Shown: piece after piece, positions 62,185 to 64,000 of the stretch
How the letters are laid out: the number at the start of each line of letters is the position of its first letter
Numbering within the stretch: the first letter of the stretch is position 1
Assembly (NCBI GenBank): GCA_963665325.3
Contig: CAXXWS020000003.1
Location: 320,001 to 384,000 of the forward strand
Length of the DNA: 64,000 nt
Source of the DNA: Alphaproteobacteria bacterium
GTDB taxonomy: Bacteria; Pseudomonadota; Alphaproteobacteria; Bin95
Direction: 5' to 3'
Notes under the pieces: generated by a model
Database searches by the model: none
Told to the model about the DNA's origin: nothing
The model's input: the letters and a program-made list of their open reading frames with translations, nothing else
Program-made: the position numbers and the translations under genes

Positions 62185-62313
62185 CGAACCGTGTCATACC
62201 ACCGTTCGCGGCCCGGAGCCGACGGGGCGCGGCTGCTGGACATGTCATGAAGTGTCATGCTCTTCACGGTCCGCCGTGTGCCGATGCGCTCCGCGCTTGC
62301 CGCCACTGTGTTT

Positions 62314-62847
62314 CTACGTTGCAAAGTCGTCGCGGGTGAAGAGTGGGGCGAGGCGAATGCCTTCCCGGGCTAAGTTGGCTTCCGCGCCTTCCAGCCGGTC
62401 CACCACGGTGTAGAGCGTTTCGACGCGGCAGCCCGCGGCGCGCGCGGCCTTGACGGCGATCATCGCCGAGCCGCCGGTAGTCGTCACATCCTCGAACAGC
62501 AGCACTTCGCCGCCCTCCGGAAGGTAGCCTTCCACGCGCCGTTCGGTGCCGTGATCCTTGGTCTCCTTGCGCACGAAGAAGGCGCTGCGCGGGCGCGGTG
62601 TAGCGCGGCTGAAGGCGCAGACCGCCGCCACGATGGGCACCGCGCCCATGGCGATGCCGCCGATATGGTCCGCCGGTTCGTCGCGTATCCGCTCCAGGAA
62701 GGCTTCGGCGATGAGCGTCAGGCCCTCCGGGTCCAGCATCACCTGCTTCATGTCGAAGAAGTATCCGGTGCCTGTCCCTGAGGCGAGAGTGAATTGCCCG
62801 GTCGAGAGCGCCCGTTCGGCGATCAGGTCGCGGAGTCGTTCGCGCAT
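62314..62847 (-). CDS. pyrE: orotate phosphoribosyltransferase
   Basis: FTLASG, YFFDMK, FFVRKETKDHG, PRPP motif EDVTTTGGS. Confidence 0.93.
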   Translation of the reverse strand: MRERLRDLIAERALSTGQFTLASGTGTGYFFDMKQVMLDPEGLTLIAEAFLERIRDEPADHIGGIAMGAVPIVAAVCAFSRATPRPRSAFFVRKETKDHGTERRVEGYLPEGGEVLLFEDVTTTGGSAMIAVKAARAAGCRVETLYTVVDRLEGAEANLAREGIRLAPLFTRDDFAT

Positions 62848-64000
62848 GGGGCCTCCTCCCGTTCCAGAATGGCGGCGTAGAACCCGTCCGAGCCGTCGCG
62901 GGCGGGCGAGATGCGGAGGTCGTCTTCGGCGCGCGCGAAATCCGGCGCGGTTTCGAGAAAGCGCGCGACGCGCGCCTCGTTCTCGTCTGAGAGCAGCGAG
63001 CAGGTGGCATAGACCAGCCGGCCGCCGGGTTTCACCAGCCGCGCGGCGCTTTCCAGTATGCGGTCCTGCAGCGCCACCAGCTCGGCGAGGCCGGGGCCGT
63101 CGCGGGTCCAGCGCGCATCCGGGTTGCGCCGCCAGGACCCGGTGCCGGTACAGGGCGCATCGACCAGCACGCGGTCGAACTTGCCGCGCTGGCGGCGGAC
63201 CCAACGGTCGCGCTCGCTCTCCAGCAGGCGGCGCTCGATATTGTGCGCGCCGGCCCGGCGCATCCGCTCGCCGAGGCGCGCCAGGCGCTTGTCATGCACA
63301 TCGGTGGCGACGATGCGGCCCTTGCCCTGCATGTCGGCGGCGAGCGCGAGCGCCTTGCCGCCGGCACCGGCGCAGAAATCGACCACCTGCATCCCCGGTT
63401 CGGCGGCGACGGCGTGCGCAATGCGCTGCGAGCCCGCGTCCTGCACCTCCACCAGCCCTTCGCGGAAGGCGCGCGTGCGGCCGAGCGCGGGGCGGCCCTC
63501 GCAGCGCAGCGCCCAAGGGGCGTCCGCCACCGGCTCGGCGCGGATGCCGTCCTGGAACAGCAGCCGCCGGGCCTCGCGCCGTGTCGTCTTGAGCGCGTTG
63601 ACGCGCAAATCCACCGGTGCGGGCTCGGCAAGCGCCTTCATTTCCTCGGCGAAGGCCCCGCTCAGGCTCTCACGCAAGCCGTTTTCGGCCCAGGCCGGGC
63701 ATTCGGCCCGCACGGAAGCCGGCATTTCCGGCGGTTCCAGCGGCTCGCCTGCCAGCGCCATGAACAGGTCCAGTTCCTCCGGGTCGAGGGGCGCCGGCGC
63801 GTATTTCCCCCGCCCGAAGACGGCTCCCGGCTCCTGCAAGCGGTCCACCAGCAAGAGACGGGCCAGCATCCGCGTGCGCGCCGTCGGCTCCGCGCCGCGG
63901 CGGGCCAGGTGCCAGTCCAACCGGGCGCGGCGGCGCAGCACGCCGAACACCCGCTCCGCCACTGCCTTGCGGTCGCTCGCGCCGATATGGCGGCGGGCGC
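62823..64000 (-). CDS. RsmB/NOP family RNA m5C methyltransferase (5' end outside window)
   Basis: EVQDAGSQ, DFCAGAGGK, LVDAPCTGTG, YATCS, DGFY; frame open to the window edge. Confidence 0.92.
   Translation of the reverse strand, partial: ARRHIGASDRKAVAERVFGVLRRRARLDWHLARRGAEPTARTRMLARLLLVDRLQEPGAVFGRGKYAPAPLDPEELDLFMALAGEPLEPPEMPASVRAECPAWAENGLRESLSGAFAEEMKALAEPAPVDLRVNALKTTRREARRLLFQDGIRAEPVADAPWALRCEGRPALGRTRAFREGLVEVQDAGSQRIAHAVAAEPGMQVVDFCAGAGGKALALAADMQGKGRIVATDVHDKRLARLGERMRRAGAHNIERRLLESERDRWVRRQRGKFDRVLVDAPCTGTGSWRRNPDARWTRDGPGLAELVALQDRILESAARLVKPGGRLVYATCSLLSDENEARVARFLETAPDFARAEDDLRISPARDGSDGFYAAILEREEAPCANDSAT

Noticed and set aside
62191-62258. Three (A/G)TGTCAT Pho-like half-sites between pyrE and recO
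   Set aside because: The adjacent pair has 10-bp rather than 11-bp periodicity and points away from recO. PhoB control is not supported.

Overview
A high-GC chromosomal window from an alphaproteobacterium. Rhodospirillales-like affinity is inferred from gene content and order. It holds about 65 densely packed genes and no rRNA, intact tRNA, CRISPR array or prophage. Housekeeping blocks: dut-coaBC-ubiB-ubiE/mutM; a complete phoR-pstSCAB-phoU-phoB operon with a Pho box; glmS-glmU/gph; dgt-argS-SPOR-nagZ-S2P-ABC-tatABC-tgt; bamE/cbp3-yceD; rsmB-pyrE-recO-parC. These are interleaved with catabolic genes: a GcvT-family oxidoreductase, GGT, an NtaA-type monooxygenase, an acyl-CoA ligase, form II coxSLM, three TauD dioxygenases, CnbZ-like and amidase genes. 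The most unusual items are: (1) an orphan Trypco1-like domain fused to a (GGYDDRR)n RGG tail at 47349-47864; (2) an accessory islet at ~54110-56830 with a stand-alone ERG4/ERG24 sterol reductase and a LexA-box promoter driving an unannotated 65-aa ORF, an IS630 HTH-only ORF and a broken VapC; (3) a secreted trypsin-PDZ-trypsin-TPR protease converging on an atypical subtilase; (4) a PhoR with no membrane anchor; (5) scpAB missing from its usual locus. No complete new multi-gene system can be demonstrated from sequence alone, so these are leads. All family calls are from motif recognition, not database searches.
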